A stretch of DNA of 63,976 nt, filler included, from Piptocephalis cylindrospora (Eukaryota): the NCBI GenBank assembly GCA_003614145.1. It is 3 parts of 3 records of this genome, joined end to end, with 100 filler letters (N's around TTAATTAATTAA, not from the genome) between each part and the next. Parts side by side here need not be neighbours in the genome. Positions count along the whole stretch, not along the records: positions 1 to 24,235 come from KZ987788.1; 2 more parts are not named here. The stretch is one strand, 5' to 3'. Made by a program: the position numbers and the translations under genes. Below are positions 1 through 11,281 of this stretch, piece by piece (within the stretch, counting starts at the first letter, position 1; the number at the start of each line of letters is the position of its first letter). Below the pieces are notes generated by a model. The model searched no databases, was not told where the DNA came from, and saw nothing but the letters and a program-made list of their open reading frames with translations.

Positions 1-64
1 AAATACCTCATTAAAGGCTTGGTGGGGCTAAACCCCCCCCTTCTCTTCTCCCACTCTCTCCGCT

Positions 65-95
<31 letters not shown>

Positions 96-129
96 CCCCA
101 CATCACGATCTCCTTCATCTCACTCAATC

Positions 130-1029
130 ATGAAAGCCATACCAAAAGAAACAACTATGCACATTAAGATGTTCCTGGAGAGGGGCCAATCGCTCCGTCA
201 AGTGACCACCAAGACCAAAGTAGGGCCATCTACGGTAATGAGGAAGCGTAAGGAGCTAGGGATGATGGGAAAACCTAGTCCAGGAGGTCTTCCGAGGCTT
301 CTAATACCCGGAGAGGGGCGAATGGCTGTCCGAAATGTAACTAAAAAGCCTGTAGGATCAGCAAGGAGATATTGAGATTAGACACAGGAGGACTGGAGGC
401 GTGTTATCTGGATGGACGAGCCCAAAGTTAATCATATAGACTTAGATGCTATCTGGTGGCGCTGGAAGAGACTTGGAGAGGCCTTCCATGACGGGAATGC
501 GGTGCCTAAATTGATTTTGGGGGAGGTAATGTCCTGATTTGGGGCTGTATGTCCGTCAGTGGAGCTGATAAATCCATAGGATTGATGGGATGATGGATAG
601 GGAAGGGCACTGTGAAGTGTTGGAAGAGAGTTACTATCATCGCTGGATGATTGGGATCTTAGTGGAGAGGAGGTCATCTTTTAGCAGGACAGTGATTCCA
701 AGCAGATTTCTACTAAGATCCGAAGCTGGCTTTCCTCGGGTAGGTTGGACCCAGGCCGTCCTAAAAGCAAAAGGTAAGCCTACTGGGTATTGATAATTGG
801 ATATGGAATTGGCAGAATCCTGTGTTGAAACTGTACCGAGATAATTTGCTTCATAATTGTTTAATTTCTGCATGATGCATCTTTCAATCTAGAAGTTTTC
901 AACTATCTTTGATCGTGTAATCCATGCACATCTAGTACATTTCATCAAAAATGGCTTTCTGTAAGAAGAAGAATATATATAAATGTTTATGAGGGTAAAA
1001 ATACCGGTACACTTTTGTGAGGCTGTGTA
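130..1029 (+). mobile_element. Degenerate Tc1/mariner DNA transposon remnant (transposase pseudogene about 130-793, candidate right TIR ending 1027 followed by TA)
   Basis: An HTH-like N-terminus (MKAIPKETT..GQSLRQV..VGPSTVMR) is followed, across stops and frameshifts, by Tc1 motifs: TQEDWRRVIWMDEPKVN (382+), FGGGNVLIWGCMS, RIDGMMDREGHCEVLEE, VIF*QDSDSKQ (QDNDPKH-like) and C-terminal QAVLKAKGKPTGY* (793). The reverse complement of 1006-1029 reads TA-CACAGCCTCACAAAAGTGTACC, which resembles a Tc1 terminus. Confidence 0.85.
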
Positions 1030-1445
1030 TATGTGCGATCCATCCCTGTCAACCATGGTTGCGGGGTTCTGATCCAAGTGGTTCCATGGGTTTCAGGTAC
1101 ATAAATAGGAAGGAGGAAAGGGGCATATCGCTTCTCAGAAACAACCCAATCACCGACTTGGCGGGGCTCATCTATGTCAATGGGCTATTATCTACGCTGG
1201 ATTGGCATGGTATTACGCCGTCAAGGCAATAGCATTCATGGGATGGGCCGTGGGTTAACGACAGACAGTCGGTTCGTTTATATCCCCCTTTCATCTGGAC
1301 AGCATAGTAAGCTCTACTTCCTTACGCTCTTCATTCCGTTCCCTCACTTACAAATGCCTCTTTTCTCCATCTAATGACCCACACGGCATTCTCTTTCCTG
1401 TCACCTTTATCCAGTGTATCTGCAAGGGGCACCAGGATTGTCAGG

Positions 1446-3166
1446 ATGGGTTGGGGTGTCCTTGGTCGTCTCTTTATCCTCCTTCCCTTAATGCTCCTAG
1501 CACTCCCCATACAGGCTCAAGGTGGCCCAAGGACAGGTAATTCGTTTGCTTTGGCTGAGTATATGGGGGCTTATTTCATCGTCCCACTGACCATAACCAT
1601 CCTTTATGTGGGGGAAAATTGCCATCAAAGACTGTCCATCCCCTCTAATCCCTGATCCTTACTATCCTACGGCGTCTATTTCCCCCGATACTTGCCAAAG
1701 TGGATGCTGTCTAGCCTGTCCATTCTCATTTTCCTTTTATCCGGAGAATTCCATGTACCGTGGATTTCTCTCGGCCGTGATCATTCGATGCTTTGCCTCC
1801 TTTGCCGCCTTGTTTTGCGGAGCGTCTTTCCTCCTGGAAGGAATCAGGAAGAGGCCCGCGCAGAAGATGTTGTTCATGGGCTCCATTGCATTTTTCTTCT
1901 ATAGTTTCCCAGGTCTCCTTGTTGGACTTCCATCTAAGGAGCGGTCGCTTTGCGTCAACTCCTATGTAGAGAGTACTCAGACTACAAATGGCCTATGCGC
2001 TACCCAGGGTAAGGTTATGCTCATTGAGGATGGCCGTGGCTAGACTGAAAACTCACCTGTTCCACCTTTACATCCTTGGCGACCCCTCTCTAGGAGCCAT
2101 CCTTGTTCTAGGGACTATGATGACAACTTGTTGGACAACTGTCCTGATCCTGGCTTTGCACCTCCAAGTAGTCTGGAACTCGGATATAGTGTACAGATAC
2201 TTTTGGGCCCAACTAATATTCGTCTTTGGTGTACCCATCCTGATCATGTCCATGACTCTTGGATATCATGGTATCGACTATGACTTTGGAGTCATGTGTA
2301 TGATCAAGTGGAACTTTTCCAATGCTCTCCTATTCTATCCGATTGCAGGTATCGCCTTTCCCGCATGTGCACTTCATGTAATAACCCTGGCCAAGATCTT
2401 CATGACCCGGAAGCGTGTTGACTCATCACATAATGCAGCCGATCAGCTATCTCAACTTCCTTCTGGGGCCCAGGGGGCAGAAGCGGATGGGCTATCCACG
2501 GAACGAAGGCGTTGGTGGGAAGGATGGGGCCACCAAGGGTTCTGGGCTCTACGGACCCTTCATCAGCATTGGCGTGTCATTACCCTGGCTCTCTACTATT
2601 GCTATATTGCCCTTATTTACTGGTTATTCTACTTTCTCCAATCGCACCGTGTTGAGGATTCTTTACAAGATGAAGCCAGAACTAGAGACTGGTATGAGTG
2701 CATCTTCAGCGGTGGCACCCAGACTGAATGTTATAATCGGATCCGGGATCATATCCCACCCTTAGGCTTGGCCATCTTTGTCGAAATATCGGCTTCTTTG
2801 TATGGCATTGTATTTTTCATTATCTTTGCCTGCCGCCCTTCCGTCTTGAAGAACTGGCTGGCGTTGGGCCGTCGACTGCCTAAACCATGTGGGAGGGAGG
2901 GGAGGAAGGGAAATAGTGGGGAATGGGCAGGTCCTAGTAGACGATCACATCCAGAGCGAGCAAACGACCAAGTGCGAGCGGAAGAGGCCAGATCTTCTCT
3001 TGGGCCGCAGACCATCTTCCCTCCCAACCCGTCTGTTAGAAGTTCTAAAACTCTAATCTCGACCCCTCTCCCGGAAGAGGAGGGTGAGAGAAAGATTTCT
3101 CTATCCGAGGCACTTGCCATGATCCAAGCTAGATCCTCAGCGGATACCGACCATGAGGATGAATAA
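1446..3166 (+). CDS. Frizzled/Smoothened-like 7TM G-protein-coupled receptor; join(1446..1536,1631..2008,2094..3166)
   Basis: Signal peptide (MGWGVLGRLFILLPLMLLALPIQA), short Cys-rich linker (CPSPLIP..CQSGCCLACPF..FYP), seven hydrophobic segments with extracellular Cys (LCVNS..LCATQG, MCMIK, WYECIFSGGTQTEC). Two frame-consistent GT-AG introns join the three ORFs. Confidence 0.7.
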
Positions 3167-4296
3167 GGCTTCTTGATTCTTTATCTTTCCTTCATCAAGA
3201 GATGGAGGAATGATGGGAGAGGGTGAATGTCATGGCCAAAAAAGGTCCGTGCATATCGTACTCTAATGTACATTGTGTATTGTTAAAAATATAGATTCGG
3301 TTCCATCAAAAAACCTCATACAACACATCTTTTTTTACAGATACCCTAAACGAGCAATAGCATATCCATTAGATTCCTCTTGTTTAGCGCTATCAAATAA
3401 TATATAAATTAGTATGCTTTATTGTTCCCAAAATTTTGGAGCTTGGGTGTCTGTATAAGATGTAAGCCCGATAACATAATTGAGATTGTTGTGTTGGAAA
3501 CGTATGTTTGAATTTCACGGTGAAGTTTAAATGGCTTAGAATTTAATCTTGGGAATCTTAATCGGGGCTTGGTTTTCTTTGTCTTGGGGGATCCTGACTC
3601 GATAAAATGGGACTTAGGGACGTATTCTTAACTGGGAGCAATTCTTATCGAAGGGTATCTTAATCAGGAGAGGATTCACGAGGGGGAGGGGATGGAAAAA
3701 TGGAGGGAATTTTGACATGTATTCTTCAGACTGATACAAAAAGGGATCGAATGTCCAGCTACTTATTCCTTTCTTCACTAAAAGGGGATTCATGGGCGGG
3801 AGTGGAGAGGGGTGTCGATAAAGGAAGACGGGCTTTATGAAGAAAACAAGGAGCTTCAAGAGGCGGAGGCTTGGGGTACTTGAACACGGATCGGGCTGGG
3901 GTTCCCATGTAGAATAAGGATGAGGTTGGATGGGATTCAGGTATCCTTATCCTTTGTAGTGCGTGGCCAAGGGAGGGACGAGGTCATGATAAGCACTCCT
4001 TTGTGCATAGTAGGCGCTATCTAATAGCCTGAATCTCCCATTCTCCCCGCAAAATGATCCTTTCCACATGTGTTGTGTTACTCCCCCCGCAAAAAGAGCG
4101 ATTTATCGCGTGCATCTTGACCGGCACACCCATCCCTGAATGACACAGTGGTAGAGGCACACCAAGGTCATCTCTATCCTTCCCTATACTTCATCTCCTT
4201 TGTATCCACAAACACGCTGGACTCGGTAATTATTATCATAATATTGCCGCTTCCTCTCCCTTTTCTTCCTCCCCACACTGTCCTTTCACCTCATCC

Positions 4297-5358
4297 ATGA
4301 CCTTCCCTGCATTACAAATCTCCTTGCTCTCAGTGACTAAAGGCTTTTGCCACCACGGTGGAGCTCGACATCTCTCGACCCAGTCCACCCCTTTCTTCCG
4401 TCACCCGCTCTCAACCCGACCTGTCATCCTCCCCCACCAACATGGCCTGGTCCGATCCCTAGCCTTCTCCCACCGACACGCCTCAACATCCACCGCGTCC
4501 TCCTGGCCGAGGAAGGCCCTCAACGCTACGACTACCTCGGCCAGCGCCCTTATCATCCTGGGGGGCTTGGGTGTCTGCGGTGGGCTTCTCTACCTCGTGG
4601 GCTCCGAACTCTTCTCCTCCTCCTCCCCCTCCCACCTTTTCTCTCAGTCTCTCAAACTCCTCCAGGACCACCCCGACATCACAGCCCGTTTCGGTGAGCC
4701 TCTACGAGGGTACGGGGAGCCCTCCTCATCCAGGGCCCAGAGGAACAGACACGTCATGGCCCAGGAATTCCTCGATCCCTCTGGCTACTCTTACTGGCGT
4801 ATGCGCTATTACATTGTCGGCCCCAAGACCCATCCATCCACCTCGGCCCTCGACACCCTTCTGGTCTACTGGGATGGTCTGAGGGCATGGATAGAGCGAT
4901 CCCTGAATCCTCCTCCCTCCCCCTCCCTACCCATCATGAAGGAGGAGGAGCACGTGGTGCCCCAGTCGGATCAGCCCGTTGCCCAGGGCGTCGTCCATAT
5001 CAGTGCTCAAAAGGTTCGATCAGGTTGGTCCATCACCGAAATGTACGTCGATGTTCCTGGGCTCACCGATGCCGAAAAGGCCCAAGCACCCCCGGTAAAG
5101 AAGACTCCATGGTATTGGCCATCTTCTTCCTCTTCCTCCTCCTCTTCCTCCTCCGCTCAAACGGGCCCCCATCGAGTGTACGTGATTCAACCTCCTACCT
5201 TTGGCTTTTCCCGTGCGCCCTCCTCTTACCTCCTCTATCAGCAGCGAGCCAATCGATCAGCCTCCAAGGAGGAGGACCAGACGGAAGGAACATCCAGTAG
5301 CAGCGGAGTCCTTTCCCGGCTCTCCTCTTACTTTCGTCCCTCGTCTTCCTCTTCGTAA
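4297..5358 (+). CDS. TIM21: Mitochondrial inner membrane translocase subunit Tim21
   Basis: Mitochondrial presequence-like N-terminus, one TM (LIILGGLGVCGGLLYLVGSELF), then SSSPSHLFSQSLKLL..FGEPLRGYGEPSSSRAQRNR..MRYYIVGP..GVVH, typical of Tim21. Confidence 0.88.
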   Translation: MTFPALQISLLSVTKGFCHHGGARHLSTQSTPFFRHPLSTRPVILPHQHGLVRSLAFSHRHASTSTASSWPRKALNATTTSASALIILGGLGVCGGLLYLVGSELFSSSSPSHLFSQSLKLLQDHPDITARFGEPLRGYGEPSSSRAQRNRHVMAQEFLDPSGYSYWRMRYYIVGPKTHPSTSALDTLLVYWDGLRAWIERSLNPPPSPSLPIMKEEEHVVPQSDQPVAQGVVHISAQKVRSGWSITEMYVDVPGLTDAEKAQAPPVKKTPWYWPSSSSSSSSSSSAQTGPHRVYVIQPPTFGFSRAPSSYLLYQQRANRSASKEEDQTEGTSSSSGVLSRLSSYFRPSSSSS

Positions 5359-5516
5359 TAATACATGAATCTTTGGGATGAATCATCTTTTCCAATGCGT
5401 GTTGAATGGATCTCTTCCAGAAGCACCTCAGGCTCCAAAGGGGAAGAGACCCTATCGTGACACACCTCCCATACCAACATGCATCCCGTCACATCCAAAT
5501 CATAATTTATCTTTCC

Positions 5517-7719
5517 CTACAACTCTTCAAATCCCTCCTCCACATTCCCCACTAACCGATCAAACTCCCCAGCACTTAGCTTGCCCTTACGCATCCGCTT
5601 GGCCAGTCGCTCTTCCCGGCGTTCCTCCTCCCAGTCATCCGCCTCGTCCCCCTTTTCCTCCTGGCCCTTGGCCTTGGCTAGGTCCTTGGACACCTCATCT
5701 CGAATCTGCTCCTCCTTGACTCGGTCCTTCCACGCCCGCTTCCGCTCACGCTTCTCCTTTCTTTCCTTCCGAAGCTGCTTTTCCTCCTTCTTTCTGCTCC
5801 ACGCCTCCGTCTTCTTCTTCCTCATCTTCCCCATATCCCCCTCCTGCCTCTTCTCGGCCTGCACCCGGAGATTCGTCTGTCTCTGCTTCTCCCTTGCCTT
5901 CTCCGCGTACCGAATCTCTGATATATCCCCCTCCCAGGGCGTAAAGCCCTCCTGACCCCCGCTCCCAGAGAGTTCGGGCATCTTGGGCAATCGGAGAAGC
6001 CCATACCCCTTGGCTACCCGTCCAATAGGGAGATCCTTGAGACGGAAGATGTAGCTCGCCTCGTGCTTGGAATAACTTTGCACATGGGACACAAAGGCCT
6101 TGATCCCCTATTCACAATGATAGCATCCATGGGAAGGAGTGGAGGGGATGAGTACAAGTATGAGAGCAAGCCTACCAGAGCACTTCCCCCTCCTTTTACC
6201 TTTTCATACACATCTCGGTCCTTGATGGCAATGGATCGCACCTCTTCCGACAATGCATCCATCCCTTCATCCGCCTCCCTCTCCTCCTCATCACCATTCT
6301 CCTCTTTTCTCTGCGCCATCAATTGCCCATTGGAAAGGACAAAGGGATGCTGTACCATGGGGATTCGCCTCACTCTCAAAAACTCCACGTATACTTCCTC
6401 CCGTCCCCGGTGAAGAAGGATGATGGCTCGGCCCTCACGACCCGCACGTCCTGTTCTACCACACCGATGGGCAAACACCTTGGGGTCCTGTGGGGCATCA
6501 TACTGGATGACCCGGTCCACATCGGGGATGTCCAGGCCTCGTGCTGCCACATCCGTACACACTAGAATGGCCCCACCCTTCCCCGAATGCTTGGTGAATC
6601 CGGCGAGCGACGCCTCCCGCTTCTTCGCATCCATCTGCCCATGCAACGGGTACACCTCAAGACCCTCCAATCTTCGGATGCATGTCAGCTTGGCCAGGAT
6701 ACGGCCAAAGTAATCCACCTGCGCACAGGTCCCAAAATACAGGATGAACTTGAGTCGCGGTTCACGCTCGACCAAGCGACAAACCTGCCCCAGCTTCTCC
6801 TCGGGTTGACATAGGATGTAGCCAATCTGCAGAGCCGACGGGATCTTCCGTCCCTCCCCCTCCCCCGTCTCCTCCTCTTGCTTCTTCCCCTCCACTCGGA
6901 CCGTCACACGGGCTGGATTCCGTAAACCAGCGCGCACCAGCTCCCCAAGGGCCTCAGTCATCGTCGCACTAAACAAGGCTGTTCGTCGTTGCTTCGGGAG
7001 GATTTGAAGGATCCGGTTGATGCCTCGAGAAAACCCCATGTCCAACAACCGGTCCGCTTCGTCCAACACAAGTGCATCCACCCCTCGTACCTGTACTCGG
7101 GCCCCACGTCCTGCCTCCCCATTCGGCACAATCAGCTCTTCTAATCTTCCCGGTGTTCCCACCAGAATCGCCGGCCTCTTTGTCCGGATCGCCTCAAGAT
7201 CCGACGCTGCCGACGACGTGGACCCACCCACCAGTAAGAGCGATGGGATGGCTACAGGCAGATAAGGGGAAAAGGATAGAATAACCTGATGAATCTGCCT
7301 TGCCAATTCTCTACCAGAAGGGTGTGTGAGTAATTCATTGTACCGATCCGCCTCTCTCCCCCCTCTTTCTCTATGGCCTACCGAGTCGGGGAAATAATGA
7401 TGGCTTGGATGGGTCGGGAAGATTTCACATCCCCACCCTCTACAGGATCCAAGGGGCGGGAAGCACTCTGTTCCGTCTTGAGGATCCGCTCAAGGAGGGG
7501 GAGGACAAAGGCGAGCGTCTTCCCCGACCCCGTCACCGCCTCCACTACCACATCCTTGTTGTGGAGGAACAGAGGAATGGCCGACGCTTGCACTGGGGTC
7601 ATCTGATGGAACTTGAATGCATCCAACGCGGCTAGGAGCGGGGTGCTCAATGGGGTGGGTAGGCTTGTCCAGGCCCCGGCATGGGAGGGAACCGTCTCTA
7701 GGGATCCTGTAATTTGCAT
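5517..7719 (-). CDS. SPB4: DEAD-box rRNA helicase Spb4/DDX55; complement(join(5517..6107,6200..7310,7382..7719))
   Basis: Q motif [27 protein letters not shown] rebuilt across intron 7311-7381, [18 protein letters not shown], and the C-terminal [33 protein letters not shown] extension typical of Spb4. Confidence 0.93.
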
Positions 7720-8107
7720 CCTTCCTTGATGATAACCAAGAGTCGGGGGAAGGGTGTTGAGATTCTGGGGAAAAGAGGATGGAAGGAAGGGCTTTGGCCA
7801 GGTTTGTTCCTTTCCTCATAAATTCTCTATGCTTATTTCTTTTTTTTTGTGGAAAAGAGACCCATTTCTTTTGGAGAGCCCGTCTGTGCTGGGGCAATAT
7901 CTGTCTCTATGGGGAGAGGAGGGAAATACTAAATATACGTCCATCACTGGTAATGGTGTGTGTGGGTGTGCATTAGCTTGGGTTCAATCAATGCACAAGC
8001 TTGGTCCAGGACACACACATCCCACAATTTTCCCCACATGCCTACCCTGAACCCTAGTCCCAAAGGCCCCTCGTTCCCCAATAACCCGCCCAGACTTTTG
8101 GTTTCTT

Positions 8108-8349
8108 TGATCCTTCTGTTTAGAAGTTTTATAGTGAGATGAAGAATGTTTCGGCCTGATAGGCGACCGGCTGGATTTGAAGGACTTAGTGGAGTAATAA
8201 TCTACTAGGTCTTTCTGCTGGCTGTGTTACCGACAGATGTGTGCCTTGGCGGCTCCCGCTTTTACGAGTGGGAAGTGGCCAGGAGCCAGACATAGTTCCG
8301 CTCCCCACCTTGTTACATTGAGGGACGTGATTTGACCACTCTGATCGCT
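8108..8349 (+). ncRNA. Box C/D snoRNA, SNORD13(U13)/snR45-like guide for 18S rRNA helix-45 cytidine acetylation
   Basis: The 5' extension TGATCCTTCTGT (8108-8119) is complementary to the 18S 3'-end GCGGAAGGAUCA. Internal ACCTTGTTAC (8307-8316) is complementary to 18S GUAACAAGGU. Box C variant ATGAAGA (8139-8145), box D CTGA (8341-8344), terminal stem AGTGA/TCGCT, and long internal hairpins are present. No convincing ORF covers the region. Confidence 0.82.
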
Positions 8350-8441
8350 ACTTTTCCATCCTTTTACCAATAATAGTAATATCCTTATTACCAAAAGCAA
8401 GACAGACGGAGAGGTCGATCGCGCGAGAAAAGAGAAGCGGG

Positions 8442-10330
8442 TTATTCAGCTGGAGGAGGAGAGGAAGATTGGGTCCGAAGACGGGTGAGTCGTGCAATCG
8501 GACGGGGTAACGCGAACCGAGGACGACGGATGGCTGTACTAAGACTAGATATTGAAGTGGGCGCACTATGGAGGAAGGGGTGTGTTCCAGAGAGTGCTAA
8601 TTGTCCCAAAGGGATTTGCATGGGTGCACGAGCCCTTAGCTTCCATCTGAGGGGAGGATGGAGAAGTCAGTGCCTAACATGAAATCATCCCCTAGATTGG
8701 CGATTATGCTCTGTTTCCTTCATCAAATGACCCCACTCAGCCCCACTTACTGCATGACGGCCGAATCCAGACAAAGAATAAGCCCTTGCATCATCACTCC
8801 AATCCAATGGCCCTTGGTGCCTACAGGTAACCATAGGCTCATCAGGTGGATAAAGACATGGAGGAGGGCAAAGGTAAACGTGCATGCTTGAACGCGCCTG
8901 ATTGCACCCATGGACATGAAGCAGATAAGAGGACGATGAATGCTCCCGATCATCTGATTACCCCCCCCCCCCTCATAAAGTCAGAACTTACCGAAGCAGT
9001 CCTTGCTTTCGTTGATAGAGTTTAAGCAGGGGCTCGGACACCGGAGTGGATTCTAGAGCATGGACATGAGTGTAGAGCTGGGAGGTTGTGTGAATAAACG
9101 CGAGAAAGAGATAGTAGTAAACGACGAGCTGAAAGCACAGGATCGACAAGTTGACTGGGCCTCCGCGCGTCGCAGCATTGGCATGCGCTGCCCCGGCAAA
9201 CACGGCCGTGCCCCATACAGTCTGGTACTCAACCGTCACGAGGCTCGTTCGTACAATCCCATGGCCTTTGGCCAGCATCCCGCGGGTCCCATAATACAGA
9301 GTCCATAGGAGACATCGACTTATGAAGAGCGGGATTGACAGGCCCAGCCCTATGGCGCTTTCTGAAGCATACCACCAATGGGACATAAATGCGATGGATG
9401 AGGAGAGCATCCCGAGGAATGGGGTAGAGGAGAGAAGGAGGAGGGTGGGGATCAGGGCCTGCAAGGGAGAGGGGGCTTGGATGAGTCTGCACGGCATGCT
9501 CCTTGATGCTCGACCTGTCTTCTTTTCTTTCCGTTGCATTATGCGGCACATACCTTTCTTTCCTTCCACCAAGCCACCCATCCTGCTGCCCCGAGTAGAG
9601 ACCAAATCACAGTAAGGATCGCATGGACCAACGGGAGCTGAGCAGATCCGAAAGGTAGATGATTTTCTACTCCTTTTTCATCGACATTGACCATGGTTGC
9701 GTCGTACTATTCGGGATAGGATCAGTAGGAGATCATTCACATCCATCCTCATACAATACTCCATAAACTAACCTGCAACCCAATATCCTGGGAAGGCCAA
9801 AGACAATTAAGTGCCCAAAGTGTCTGTATCCCCGTCCCCGGAGAAGTGAGAGTCATGCTTAGTCTCTGGGGCTGGAGAGGTACGGGGGCATGGTGGGCGA
9901 ATTGATGAAGATGCTTGGCCCGTTGACACACTAGAGCCGATGCCTCGGTCCCCGCTGACCCGGCTGGTGAAGGATCGGCTGGGTCCTCATCGGCATGATG
10001 AAGGTAGTCAGGATTCAGTAGGCCAAGGATATCCTCGCTTGTCGCAACCAATAGGGATACATTAAGAAGCTGGGCATCGGAAAGGAGTAGACCCCCTTGG
10101 TCCGGCAGGATCGTCGGACGACCCTTGACCCTTACCTTGGCCAATCCTTGATCGCTCCAGTAAGAAAAAGTACCCAGAGATGTAATAGGAAACGAGGCCT
10201 TGGTTCCTGGGACAGTAATGTCCCCATCCTGGATGATAATGCTACTGCACGGGGAGACAATGAGGAGAGCTACTGAGAGCCAAACCAGATCAACAGTGGC
10301 TCCTTGGGCTCTCACGGGGAAACAAGGCAT
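8442..10330 (-). CDS. GOST/lung-seven-transmembrane (GPR107/GPR180/TMEM145-like) membrane protein, about 5 exons
   Basis: Hydrophobic N-terminus and luminal beta-rich domain (SLGTFSY..TLWALNC). An exon absent from the ORF track reads YDATMVNVDEKGVENHLPFGSAQLPLVHAILTVIWSLL. The TM region contains MLAKGHGIVRTSL and the last exon reads WKLRARAP..AE* (stop 8442). Exon boundaries are approximate. Confidence 0.6.
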
Positions 10331-11281
10331 GTCCTTGAGGATAAGAGAGATAGGTTAGTGATGATAATGATGAAGTGGGGGGAGGGAGAAGGGGTAAATG
10401 CAAAATGAAGAAATGGAAGAAAGATGGAGAGATTGTGCAAAGGCAGGGGGGTCCTCCTGGCAAGGGACAATATGTGTCCACGGCGTCTGGTAGACTCGTC
10501 ATGAGAATGACATGGACAGGGGATGAAACGAGGGCTTGATTGTAAACAGATCAACCCTGGAAAGGGACACGGGGCTACTGGGATGACCCGGCATGTACCA
10601 TCTCGACTTTTGTTAAGTCCTTGAACCGGGATGTCATCATAGCATTCTTAGTGGAGCAGTCCTATAGCATTCGCCTCTTCCATTCATCCAAGAGCCCCGC
10701 TGCTGGACTCATTGTTCCACCAGATAGCTGCCACACATTCGCTTGGGGCCTGCTAGAGCTCATGCTATCTACTTGCCCTACATCACCCCACCTCTTGTGA
10801 GGACAGATGAGTGTTGAACTACGCAGATCATTGTAGGGCCTTCTCTGACCCCTATGCCCTTCATCCGAGTCCTCCTGGTCAATGACTTTTTATCCAACTC
10901 AAGGGTTATTGTGACGGCTGGCCATTACGAATGGTTGGTTCCACTAGACGGAGTTGAACTTGGAAAAACATGGCATGTCGGAGTATGACTGGAGAAGACA
11001 AGATGGGACGGGCCTGGTTGTGTTGGGGTTTGTCGCCAGGCATGCACTCACCACCATCTCTATAAAGAGGGCGTCTTGAGAAGTGAAGAAACAGCAGCAA
11101 CGGGTTTACTTCTACCCCCTTCCTCAAAATATCTCCTCCCTACTCATCCACCCGGATATTCGCCTATCGCCCCACCGTATCCCTCCTTCTCTTGCTACGA
11201 TCCATATTTATTCCTTGGTGCTCAGCCCCCCCCGCTTAACGCAACATACACACCCCGTATCCTTGGCCGATGCTTCACGAC

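Noticed and set aside
3614..3859. 81-aa ORF with a weak internal repeat (PLPPMNPLL / PLPLVNPLL)
   Set aside because: Non-ATG start, no domain, no clear splice structure. Likely intergenic.
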